The notes beneath the pieces were generated by a model, which made no database searches, was not told the DNA's origin, and saw only the letters and a program-made list of their open reading frames with translations. A DNA stretch of 64,000 nt from assembly GCF_001194135.2 (NCBI RefSeq), contig NC_068991.1, positions 59,813,422 through 59,877,421 of the forward strand, in the 5' to 3' direction. Position 1 is the stretch's first letter; each line of letters opens with the position of its first letter. A program made the translations under genes and the position numbers. The stretch is from Octopus bimaculoides (lineage: Eukaryota). Below are positions 1-11,119 of this stretch, one piece after another.

Positions 1-79
1 CTTTTCAATATCAGTGAAGAATTTCACTGGAAAAGAAGATATAAATTTGCCAGGTTTTTGTCTCTCTCACCAAGGTCAT

Positions 80-280
80 CAGCTGTCGAACGCCGACGAA
101 GGGAAATAACCCTGAAATCCGCATACGTTCGTGCTGCTGGTCGAGGTGAGAGGGATAACTCCCTTGGCAAACAGGACACAGTCGTGTGTCGATAAGCCAG
201 CTGGAGGAGATGTCCTCCTGGGGCTAAAAGCAACAGTAACATCCACCCCTAGGGGTCAGCCACACTTAGGTGGCAATATA
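80..280 (+). mobile_element. Highly structured hammerhead-bearing element (Penelope-like pLTR or retrozyme-like unit)
   Basis: The hammerhead is followed by five hairpins or palindromes (151-164, 175-190, 203-218, 245-256, 259-274) and then (TA)n at about 288-311. GC-richer than its flanks. The 5' limit is uncertain and may lie outside the window. Confidence 0.4.
87..136 (+). ncRNA. Minimal type I hammerhead ribozyme motif with U4C core variant
   Basis: Stem I CGAACG(87-92)/CGTTCG(126-131), extendable by CAGC(80-83)/GCTG(133-136). Core CCGACGA(93-99). Stem II AGGG-AAATAA-CCCT(100-113). GAAA(114-117). Short stem III T-CCGC-A, then T-A, giving an AUA cleavage triplet at 123-125. Confidence 0.7.
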
Positions 281-311
281 CTACACTTTATATATATATA
301 TATATATATAT

Positions 312-800
312 ATTCATTTACTTTGAGTAGTTTTGGAAAGATTCGATATGTTTTGAAAATTATTCTCGTATGTCGTCACATGCCCTTCCTTTCGTTTTTA
401 AACTTAAAGTGTATACTCGAAACATCTTTTTTCTGGCAGAACTGTGTACAAAGCACGTTTTTGAACGATTTGTAAGGTACGTCATTCCTACTTATGCATT
501 TATAGCTTGAAGAGGCTGAATGGCCCTCATTGCCAACAAAACTGATGCGTGATTGATTTTCTCGGCGCAACATCCACATAATCCTTGGTTACTTAGTAAT
601 TCTTTTACGTGGCAAGTTTTTGGTAGTTTCTCGTAGACAAACTTTTAATCTTGTACAGCAATCATAAAATTTTCGATATCAGCTTGGAGCCTGGTTTTCT
701 AGTACAATGAAAAGTATTTCCTGATCAATTTCCATTCTGCCAATCTTGTCAAGAATTGACCAAATAAAGCTATTCGTGCAATTGCATTTTTGTATTTGTA
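312..800 (-). pseudogene. Decayed non-LTR retrotransposon ORF2 C-terminal fragment, R4/Dong-like
   Basis: Minus-strand translation across frameshifts gives LFGQFLTRL (~767), IENFMIAVQD* (~678-645), STRNYQK (~638-617), LCGCC..E..NH and SSSYKCISRNDV. This follows the HGQF...AQDQ.L.TRNY...CRLC...H...LA..Y..RHD series of R4-clade elements. Multiple stops. Confidence 0.6.
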
Positions 801-1321
801 TCTTTCATTACTTTGAATAAAAATAAAACATCTTGTCATAGATTTACTCCTATCCCTCTGAGTTGCATGTAACTTCCATCTTTGTTATATACCTGTTGAC
901 TTTCTTGAAAGCAGAACACTTATTTTAAAAATCTTATTCCTGTGCTTGAAGTTAGCTTTTCAAAGTTAGTTTGCCATCATTCTCTACAAGTTTTTTTTCC
1001 TTCTATACTATATAATAGGTTATTTCATTATAAATTTCAGGATTTCCGACACACTTTGTGTTCGAGGCAAATCTCATTCAATTTCGACTTCTAGACGATG
1101 TACTCTTAAGTATTGTCATAGTAATATGTATTTCTTTTCTCTCTGTATTTTTTTCTCTATACTTTTGCGAGCTTACATTCTAAATGAATAAATCTATCAT
1201 TATTTTTCTTATTTCTTTCCTGTGTAACACTGCATATTCCACTAAACATCCGAGCAGTGTTTTCTCTAAACATAGTCTATCATTGTACCAGCAACAATGT
1301 TAATATCTGTTAATTTTCCAT

Positions 1322-1535
1322 TGTGGCAAGCTGGCAGAAACGCTAGCACGCCGGGCGAAATGTTCAACAGTATTCCGTTTGTCTTTATGTTCCGAGTTCA
1401 AATTCCATCGAGGTCGACTTTGCCTTTCATCCTTTCCGGATCGATAAATTAAGTAGCAGCTGCGTACTGGTGTCAATATAATCGACTGAACCATTCCCCC
1501 AAAATTTCGGCTTTGTTCCTAGACTAGAAAAGAAT
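1322..1535 (+). mobile_element. tRNA-derived SINE, family C (Deu/Nin-like central domain)
   Basis: B-box-like GTTCAAATTCC followed by GAGGTCGACTTTGCCTTTCATCCTTT...GATAAATTAAGTA. Sister copies at ~18175, 38770, 39035, 49820, 56560 and 59580, and on the minus strand at ~17620. Confidence 0.8.
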
Positions 1536-1589
1536 ATCTGTTAATTTTATATTAAATTTATATATATTTGAACTAGTGCTTCGCAGGTA

Positions 1590-1855
1590 TAACTGTTTGG
1601 TTAAGAAGGCCGCTTTACAAACATGTCGTTTTGGGTTCAGTCGCTCGGCGCAGAACCTTGAGCAACTGTCTTCTACTATAGTCACGGTTCGACCAGTGCT
1701 TTATACGTGGATTTGGTAGATAGGAAATTGTTTGTCTCCCCTCTGTTTAACAAGCGGTGTTAGTTTATGTTCTCGTAACTTAACGGTTCGGCAAAAGATG
1801 GGAAATGGATCTAAGACTTAAAAATAAGAGTTTGGATCGATTGGACAACTAAAAT
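1590..1855 (+). mobile_element. SINE family A, internally deleted copy
   Basis: Matches the window's dominant repeat (GGTTCAGTCCCACT...CCTTGGGCAAGTGTCTTCTACTATAG...GTAACTTAGCGGTTCGGCAAAAG). Confidence 0.75.
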
Positions 1856-2600
1856 TTTCCAGGAAATCCAGGAACTTTCCAGGAAATCCTTTGAATTTTC
1901 CAGGAACCCCCGGAATTTCCCAGGAAGGTGATCATAATTCCTCGGGACTTTCCAGAAAACCCGGGGATTTACTGGAAAGTTCCGAGGATTTAGGATCAAC
2001 TTGCTGGAAAATTCCGGTGGTTCCCTGGAAAGTTCCAGGGATTACCTAATAAGTTCCGATGATTTAGGATCAACTTCCTGGAAATTTCCAAGGATTTCCT
2101 GGAAAGTTCCGAGATTCAGGATCAACTTCCTGGAAAGTTCCGAGGATTTCCTTGGACGTTCCGAGAATTGAGGATCAACTTCCTGGAAATTTCCGGGGGT
2201 TCCATGGGAAGTTCCAATGATTTCCTGGAAACTTCCGAGGATTTGCAGGGAAGTTCCGAGGATTTGGGATTAACTTCCTGGGAAGTTCCGTGGATTTCCT
2301 GGAAAGTTCCGGGTTTTTCCTGGAAAGTTCCCCGGATTTCATGGGAAGTTCCGAGGATTTAGGATCAACTGTCTTGGAAATTCCGGGGGTTCCCTGGAAA
2401 ATTCCGATGGTTATCTTGGAAAATCCGGGGATTTCCTGGAAAGTTCAGAGGATTTTCTGGGAAGTTCCCAGGATTTAAGATCATCTCCGGGAATTCCGAG
2501 GATTTCCTGGAAATTCCTGGGATTTCCTGGAATTTTCTGAGGATTTCATTGACAGTTCCGAGGATTTCATGGAAAGTTCCGGGGATTTAAGATCAATAAC
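1856..2600. repeat. Compound minisatellite (~21-bp and ~32-bp units) with an inverted 5' arm
   Basis: Units TTCCTGGAAAGTTCCGAGGAT and the same plus TTAGGATCAAC. 1856-~1960 is the reverse complement of the units that follow. Confidence 0.9.
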
Positions 2601-2739
2601 GCAAGAAGTGGGAGGCAAAAGTTTTAATACTTCTTTATAGGTTTCACTTGTTTCATCCACTCAGAATTACATCATCAACTGCGAAGTATATATATACACC
2701 GCTCACTCACACACACACACACACACATATATATGATGA

Positions 2740-2990
2740 ACTCTCCGGTCGAAGACGATGTATGAAAGTTCATGTATGTTCATGTCGCTCATTAGCTCAC
2801 TCTTTCCATCAAATCGATGTGTCTGAACAGATGTACAGTGTACCACGCGTCAGGTGTCGAAGTGATCGCAGAGAGGCGTGAGATGAAGTATCTTGCTGAA
2901 GAACAAAACGCACCATCCGGTCTAGGAATTGAAATCACGATCTAGCGATCGCGACTGCAGTACTCTAACCACTAGGCCATACTCCCTCAT
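2740..2990 (-). mobile_element. tRNA-derived SINE, family D
   Basis: Minus-strand head GAGGGAGTATGGCCTAGTGGTTAGAG...GATTTCAATTCC (A and B boxes), then TTCAGCAAGATACTT. Relatives at ~14455-14790(-), 45240(+) and 53288(+). Confidence 0.75.
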
Positions 2991-3020
2991 TATATATATT
3001 ATATACATGTATGTAATATA

Positions 3021-3227
3021 TAGGGTGGTCCAAAAGTAGGTTTACAGTTATTCAACTATCTCTTTTGCATTCATATTACTAGTATACATCTTAATTATAA
3101 AAAAAATATGAAACCATTATTCTATGCTAGTTTAATTGTAAGATAGAAATTTTAATGTAATAAAATATCTTAAAAGAAATTTAAAGTTCCTACGTGATAA
3201 CTGTAAACCTACTTTTGGAAGAACCTG
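3021..3227. mobile_element. Tc1/mariner-type MITE
   Basis: ~30-bp TIRs TAGGGTGGTCCAAAAGTAGGTTTACAGTTA (3021-3050) and TAACTGTAAACCTACTTTTGGAAGAACCTG (3198-3227). TA on the left, CA on the right. Confidence 0.8.
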
Positions 3228-3792
3228 CAGATATGCATGTATGTAACTATGTATGTATGTATGTATGTATGTATGTATGTATGTGTGTATGTATGTGTGT
3301 ATGTGCATGTGCATACACAAAATGCATACACATGCATATAATCATACATTCATGTAAAGGAGAGAGAACACTACGTCTTCAGACTGCATTAGGGAAGAGA
3401 TATACATATAAAAAGAATGTGAGGGGTTTAGTTCACTTACGATCTAAACGAATAGCTTGATGGACGTATATGAGTTTACGTCCATCATATTTTCTCGCTC
3501 TATATACACATTTACAATATGGACACATCATTCAGAATACTGCCAAAATACTGCCTGGATTTACTTGGGATTTTAACTAAAACCCTATATCTTCATGCAA
3601 CTACCAATCAACATCCGTATCTTCTGGAAAAAGATGAGGTGTGAACATTATTCTGCTGCCTATATTCTTCTAACTACTCTTACTCTTTTTTCTTCTATTT
3701 TTACTCCTTTATTCTTCTATTTTATTCCTTATATACCATGAATTTTATTCCTTGTAATATGTAAAATTTCCCCGTCTAAATATTCATGCCGT

Positions 3793-3868
3793 GTCTCTGA
3801 TGATGGTATATCTAGTGCACGGACATGCTAACCAAGCACTTAGGTTGTCCCAGAAACGGCTGTAAGGT
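3793..3868 (+). ncRNA. Type I hammerhead ribozyme motif, intact core, long stem II
   Basis: CTGATGA(3797-3803). Stem II closes TGG(3804-06)/CCA(3850-52) and contains a CTAGTGC/GCACTTAG hairpin. GAAA-C-GGCT-GTA(3853-3864) gives a GUA cleavage triplet. Stem I is weak: GTCT/AGGT, 2 Watson-Crick plus 2 wobble pairs. Confidence 0.6.
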
Positions 3869-3937
3869 TTCAAATTACTCTAATTAAATTATTCTAAATG
3901 ACTTGAGACAATCGTTCTGCCTTGGTTTTGATTTTTC

Positions 3938-3987
<50 letters not shown>

Positions 3988-4299
3988 TGCATACATACAT
4001 ACACATACACACAGATACGCACGCACATGCACTCTTCTATTTTTTTTCTCAGTCTATCTATCTATCTATCTATCTATCTAGCTATCTAGCTATCGATCTG
4101 TCTGGCTGTGCGTCTGTATTTAGCTGATATATACCAAAATCTGTGCCTGTATGTTTGAACGTGTGCGAGTTTCCAACGTTACGATGCCGTGAGTGGGGAT
4201 GGGGAGTGGAGAGAATGGTGAGATCTTTTGACCTCGTCCTCCCACCGCGGGATAACTGCCATCATTTGATTACTATTCCAATATGAGAGCTGCCAAAAC

Positions 4300-4387
4300 T
4301 TCTCTTGGCAGAAACATCATCATCCCCATCACTATCTCATCACCATTATCATCATCGTCATCGACATTATCATCGTCATCGACATTA

Positions 4388-4426
<39 letters not shown>

Positions 4427-5380
4427 GCAGCAGCAGCAACATCATTAACATCATCGTTAAAATCATCATGGACATGGTCATCATCATCACATCACCACCA
4501 ACACCATGATCTTCTTCCTCCTATTATCATCATCATTGACATTAATACCAATCATCATCATCATCATCATAAATATTACCATCATTCTTAACATCAGCAT
4601 CATCACCACCTCCAAGATCAATATTAGTGACATTGCCACCACAGCCACCACCACTACCACCATCATCATTGTTATTAAACTACCATTTACTAATCATCAA
4701 CACTAATAAATACCACAACCACCACCACCACTTCATTGCTACTACACCAAGTCATTACCACCACCACCACCATCACCCCATTAACTCCAGCATCCTTATC
4801 CTAATCATTATCATCGTCATTTCAACTCATATCGCGGCAGTTTCTATGTAGTCCCTCGACCTACAAGAAATAGCAGCCAAATTTCCCTCAAATCACTACC
4901 CTATTTTCTTAAACAACGAACACACGAGAAATGTCGTCACAGCCGCATCACTTTTGTCCAAAGACAAGACTAGATAAGGAGTGACCTTGGGTTAAACAAC
5001 AACAACAACAACAAAACAAAACAAAAACAACAACAACAACAACAAAAATAACAACAGCAATAAAAGGATGGCGGCAACAGCAACAACATACCACGCCACC
5101 CCCACAGACACAACTATTACTAGCAGGGCTACCTCCAATGGCACTTCCCCACCCCACCGACAATGTGTAGCATCCACCGCCGCCGCCGCCACCAACACTG
5201 TTCCTTTCTGTATCGCTATGGCTACAAGAATTGGCAAGAAGCAGCAGCGATGCTAAGGCCAAGGTAGTGTTGGTGGGTGATGACGACGACGACGATAATG
5301 ATGATGATGATGATGATAAGGACGATGGTGGCGACGACGGGGTGGTGATGGTGAGAGAGGGGGAACATGAAGATGGACTG
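4300..5380. repeat. Mosaic trinucleotide simple repeats (CAT, CGT, CAC, ACA, GAT, GAC)
   Basis: Visible runs such as (TCG)n at ~4387-4422, (CAT)n, (ACA)n at ~4995-5045 and (GAT)n at ~5295-5315. Confidence 0.9.
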
Positions 5381-5699
5381 ACTGTCAGACAGACAGACAG
5401 ACAGACGGACGAACGGGCAGCAAGATAACCAGCCAACCAGTGAGCTAGTCAGCCAGCTTCACTGACTGACAAACTGACGAACGGACAGTAGGGTTGTGGG
5501 TAAGAAAAGGGGAAACAGCAAGCCATGGCATGTGCACTGTCCCCTAATAATAATAATAATAATAATAATGATGATGATAACGGTAGCAGCAATAGTAGTG
5601 TGTGTGTGTGTGTGTGTGTGTGAGAGTGTGTTGGTCGGGGACTGCAGAAACAGCAGCTAGTCAGGAATGTTCAAGCTAGACAAGGAGTTTAGAGTACGA

Positions 5700-7990
5700 T
5701 AGCTGATTGTTTGACTGGCTGGATGGATAGAAAGATGGATAAATTGATGGTTGCATGTATTAAGAAAGAAAAAGAGAACGAGAGAGAGAGAGAAAGCGAG
5801 AGCGAGAGAAATGAGAGAGACGGACAGAGGGGGGAGAGAGAAAGAGAGAATTTGGAGGTTGAGGTGGATTTTGAAGAATGGCTGAAAGAACAGTAGAAAG
5901 AATGGATGGATGGATCGATAGAGAGAGGGAAGAATATATGTTGAAGAAAAAGATTGAAGGATAGATAGATGGAAGAATGAACTTGGTGGCTAGATAGATG
6001 GAAGTGTGGAGCACCCTAACATAGCAATGAATAATAGTAACAATTGCAGAATTAGTGATTCCCAGAGCTTACCAACCCTACTACTATCTGCCCCCTCTCT
6101 CTTCTCTCTCTCTCTTATTTTATTTTAGTTTATTTATTTTCCTTTCTATTCTCATTTTGATCTTTGTCCCTTTCTCTCAGTGTATCTCTTTTTCTTTTAT
6201 TTTTGTTGGCTTCAACCAAGTCTTCTTGTCTCACCCACTTTTTCTCTCTTGTACATTCCCACTATCTCATCATCATCTCCATCATCATCGTAATCCATCA
6301 CAATTTATCTTCTTACCATTTCTTACAAGACAGATTACAGACGAACAGTTGCATGCACCACACATTCACACACACACACACACATGTAAATATGTATACA
6401 TTCATAGGTATACACACACACACACACACTGCTGTCAATTCTTAGCTCTACCATTCACTCTCTTTCTCACCCACCAACCATATCTGATACGTACTTTCAG
6501 TCTCTTCTGCTACTGTTTCCTGTCTCTAATGTTTAGTTGATATCGGCCTCTCACCCTTTCTCTCTCTCTCTCTCTGTAAATATAAATGTATATATAATAT
6601 ATATATATATCCATCTTTATTCATCTTCTATCTCTCCATTTTTCTTCATCACTCTTTCTTTCTCTATAATTTTCCCCCCACATTTCTCTCATTGATTTTC
6701 CTATACCGTCTACTCATTCTCTCACACTGTGTCTGTCTATGCATCTAGTTATTTTTACCTCTTGCTCAGTATTTCTCTCACTAAAATGTCTATCTGTCAC
6801 GCTTAGTCTATATATATATCTTCCTTTCTGTCTGTCAGGTTGTTACGCTCTGTCTCTGTGTCAGTCACGCTTAGTCTGTTTCTCTCTCTTCCTCTCTCCT
6901 GTCTGTCAAGCTATCTCTCTGCCACTCTCTAAATCTGCTTGTCTTCCACCACCCTTTCTTTCGTCATCATTAGCATCATCCCATCGACGTATAACAAACG
7001 ATTATTTCCTTCGTCGACGTTATCCACCTTCGATCCTTGTTGGAGCCTTCATTCCTTCATTCCCTTACTCACTCACTATCCCCGTCATTCCCTCACTTAC
7101 TCAATACTCCCTCCCTCACTCATTATCCAACTCAGTTATTTATATCTCTCTTCCTCATACTATTCCTCTTTACTGTTTCACTATTTCCCCTCGCTATTAC
7201 TCTTCCTACCTCTCTTCAACTCTTGCCATCTCTTCCGCCCCTTCGCATTCTTATTCTTTCTTTTCTTCTCTCTTATTTTGCTGTATTGTTTTATCTTCTC
7301 ACTATATCGTTCGTTCATCGCACTTTCTTTTCTCTTCCACTTTTTCTTTCCCCTTTTTCTCTACTTTCTCTGCTCATGTATTTTACCTTACCCCTCCCTT
7401 TCTCTCTTTATCTGCCTTTTTCTTACACGATTTGTCTACTTCCTCTCTCCCTTCTTTCTTTCTCTGTAAATCCCCTTTTCATACATTTACTATTCTCCTC
7501 TCATTCTTTCTGTCCCTTTAATTTATCATCGTCTCTCTCTTTCTCTTAAGCTCCCTTTTTTGTAAGGATTTTTTCCTTTCTATTTCTCTCTACACCTTTA
7601 ATTCCTTCTTTCTGCACGCATTTCTTTTCTCTAGGTTCTTAATCTTCTCTCTGCTTTCTTAACTCTCCTTCTCTCTATCATATAGAGCCCACTTTTTCTT
7701 TCTCTCTCTTTAATTCTTTGTAATTAAGTCACGTCTCTCTTTACTCTCTCTTTCTCTCTCTCAGTTTATTGCTCCCTATGTACTCTTCTCTTCGTTGAAA
7801 GTTCTCTTATTTTTTCTGTTATCCCTTTTTTTCTCTCTTACTTTTCACAGCTTTTCCTCTTCTAAAAAAAAGTACCTATCATTACTACAACTACCAGCAC
7901 TATAACAAATACTATTACAGCCCTCACCATCACTACTACTGTTACTACTGCTACTGCTCCCCTCGTCTTTTTCTCTCACTCTCTCCTTCT
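5700..7990. repeat. Purine-rich block followed by a ~1.9-kb pyrimidine-rich low-complexity block
   Basis: GA/GATA-rich at 5700-6010 and CT/TCT-rich at ~6080-7990. This bias explains the long stop-free S/L/F-rich ORFs in the track. Confidence 0.85.
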
Positions 7991-8119
7991 CTCTGTCACT
8001 CTCTTTTCTTTGCTGCTGCTGCTACTATTAAACTCACTCCAGCCACACTCACCTCTTACTCCAGTGCGAATCTCTACTACAACTTCTACCACTATATTAC
8101 AACTTTGGAAAACAAGACT

Positions 8120-8160
8120 ATGGCTGCTACGTCCTTTGAGCTGCGGCCAGCAGCAGACAA
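8120..8160 (+). CDS. Candidate first (or internal) coding exon MAATSFELRPAAD(K/N), product unknown
   Basis: ACT-ATG-G Kozak context, GC-richer codons and a perfect donor AA|GTAAGT at 8161 (phase 2). The frame stays open upstream to possible acceptors after 8042 or 8064. No recognised homology. Confidence 0.45.
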
Positions 8161-8388
8161 GTAAGTGTAACGACAACAATTTCATCCGGAACACACACAC
8201 AATTCACTGAAATCTTTCGCTTTTCCTACTTCACAATTTCCTCAATGAGTTCTTTCCCTTCTTTCCGACTTCCTTTTGTCAAAATTTTTCTTTCATCAGA
8301 TCTTCGAAAAAAAAATCTATAAACATACAAGTATCGCAAGCTCTTCACATTCTTAGTATGTATGTGTACGTACGTGTGTGTGTAAGTG

Positions 8389-8433
<45 letters not shown>

Positions 8434-8799
8434 TGTGTCTACATATTTCTACCATACGCATTCTTTCTTTACTTATCGTCTGGTCTATAGGATAGTTTGC
8501 TTGTATCTCAGTTGTGTTTTGTGCTGCCGTGCTAGATTTGGAGGAAGTTCAATGGTAGCAAGAATGATATATATATATATATATATATATACATACACAC
8601 ACGAACCAACGAGGTATCATCCTTTATGCAGTCGCACGACTTGCTGAAAGTAACAGCCGCATATCCCCCCCCCATTGCATTCTACCGACTAAAGAAAAGA
8701 TATTGCATCATGTCTTGGATAGATGAAAAGGCAGAATGGTCACTGTTGGAAAGTCTTTGACGATCAGGGCTAAATAACAGTGGATCAAGAGAAAGAGGA

Positions 8800-8835
<36 letters not shown>

Positions 8836-9001
8836 CCGATTACGATGTGTGTGTGTGTATATATATATATAGTCATAACCACATGTATATATACATACAT
8901 AAATATATATGATATTAGTCATTCATACATAGATACATATATGTATACTCATATAACTTGTACTAATATGTATACCGACATTACCATACTTGCATTGATA
9001 C

Positions 9002-9042
<41 letters not shown>

Positions 9043-10054
9043 CGCGCCCGCGCGCCCGCGCGCAGAAACTAACATGTAATGTGTGTGTGTATGTATATCT
9101 CTATGTCTATACATATGTGTGTATATATATGTATAGGCATACCAATATACTAATATGTATGTGCACACTGATAGATACACGTATACATAACTATATACTG
9201 CCATACATACATACACACAACACAAACTAGGGAACTTCAGTGTGGTGGGTCACGCGAAATAGTAGAAATTAGCAAGTGGAATCTTGAAATCTTCCGCAAA
9301 TGATACCTTACCTACCGTCTTAAATAGAGGATGGAAATATTAGATAATGTAATCCTAAAACAATCATTCTCCAAATAAAATGGAATGGTCACCACTGGTA
9401 TGCCTTTGGGATCATAAGTTTATTCAAAGAGTGTTGACCCATGGCTAAACAAACTCACAAATACACAGATAGCCACAGAAATACACATATAAAGAGTATA
9501 CGCATGTCATAATACTCTGTTGATCTCTCTAATCTATCTATCTATCTATATATATATATATACATACACACGCACATACATATACACACGTATGTGTGTG
9601 TGTCTCACATACCTCCACACATGCATACATTCTGATTAAACTCTCGTACAAGCATGCATATACATACATTCATTTTTATTTATGTATCTGCCCTCCCCGC
9701 CTTACAACACACGTACTTCGCGCGCGCACCTCTACCTCCCCACGCACATCGAGGCTCCCTTATAAAACCGTCCGGGTTCCTAACTCCACGAAGGTCCACA
9801 CAGATACATACATACATACATACACACGCCCTTTTGCATAGACAGCCGTAGAAGACGTACACAATGATACATACGTGTGAGCGTACATTTGTATATGGAG
9901 GTTGGCTTTAATTCTGTACAATTCAGGACAATTCTGTACGGAAGCCCTGTATGCCCCCCTCCTTCTACACGGAGATATGTATATATATATATATATACGT
10001 GTGTGTATGTATATGTGCCTGTGTGTGTTCCTGTGTAAGTATATATGTGTATGT

Positions 10055-10101
<47 letters not shown>

Positions 10102-10268
10102 NNNNNNNNNNNNNNNNNNNNNNNNNNNNNNNNNNNNNNNNNNNNNNNNNNNNNNNNNNNNNNNNNNNNNNNNNNNNNNNNNNNNNNNNNNNNNNNNNNN
10201 NNNNNNNNNNNNNNNNNNNNNNNNNNNNNNNNNNNNNNNNNNNNNNNNNNNNNNNNNNNNNNNNNNNN
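10102..10268. other. Assembly gap. Other gaps: 23236-24003, 27264-27975, 28887-28948, 30831-31092, 38025-38240, 48979-48999, 60368-60461
   Basis: N runs, nearly all abutting (TA)n or (CA)n microsatellites. Confidence 1.
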
Positions 10269-11119
10269 ATATATATGTATGTATGTATGTATGTATACAT
10301 ATTACACATTAATATTCTGTATATTTGTAACCATTTTAGTTCAGTTTAATAATTTTTTCGAAAATCAAGAAAATAATGAAATCAAACGCATTTTACAGTT
10401 ACTGCATTTATTGTCGATTACTTCCGAATATTATCGATCGTTTGTTTACCTTTCACTTTCAATCAGGGCTCTTTTATTTCGCCATCTTATATGTACAAAG
10501 TTCGAAAGATCGGCATTTATTACATACACTTCCAATCATTTTAGCCAATCAGACTCATACTTTTACATGCACACATACAAAACAAAACATAACAGCCAAG
10601 TTTTCCAAGCTCATTGACAAATATTCACACACACACACACACACGGCGGCTGTTTTTACATTGTCAAGTTGGATTAGATACAGCAATATTTTATTTTTCA
10701 CATACTCGTACGCAAATACATTCATATATATATATATATACACACATTTATATATAATAACCGTTTGCAGTGCCGTATAACATATGAAGATATAGCTAGG
10801 CACAGATTATTTTTCATTATCGTTTGACGTCCATTTTTTCATGCTTGCATGGGGTAGACGGAATCTGTTGAGGCAAATTTTGTATGCCCGGAAGCCTTTC
10901 CTATTGTCAACTCTTACCTGTTTCCCAGCAAGGTAATGTTTCCCTATGGCTAGACACCACTTAAATCTTATTAAGCCATCAAATATAACACAGAAACACA
11001 CACACACGTACACACATATAGACACTAACACAGTTTTGTATGCTCAATCATTATTGTCATTATCAGAAGAGCCTTTTATTTTCATATCAACATGATCTCA
11101 CTGTGCGACAATAGGCACA

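Noticed and set aside
2168-2478. ORFs with SWKVPRI heptad repeats
   Set aside because: Translation of the 21-bp minisatellite, with frames broken by the 32-bp units.
4283-5436. Poly-S/H/D/T ORFs on both strands
   Set aside because: Translations of trinucleotide microsatellites, with no splice or domain support.
6739-7549. Long ORFs (260, 176 and 170 aa) in three frames
   Set aside because: Pyrimidine-rich low-complexity DNA lacks stops by composition, and the products are S/L/F runs.
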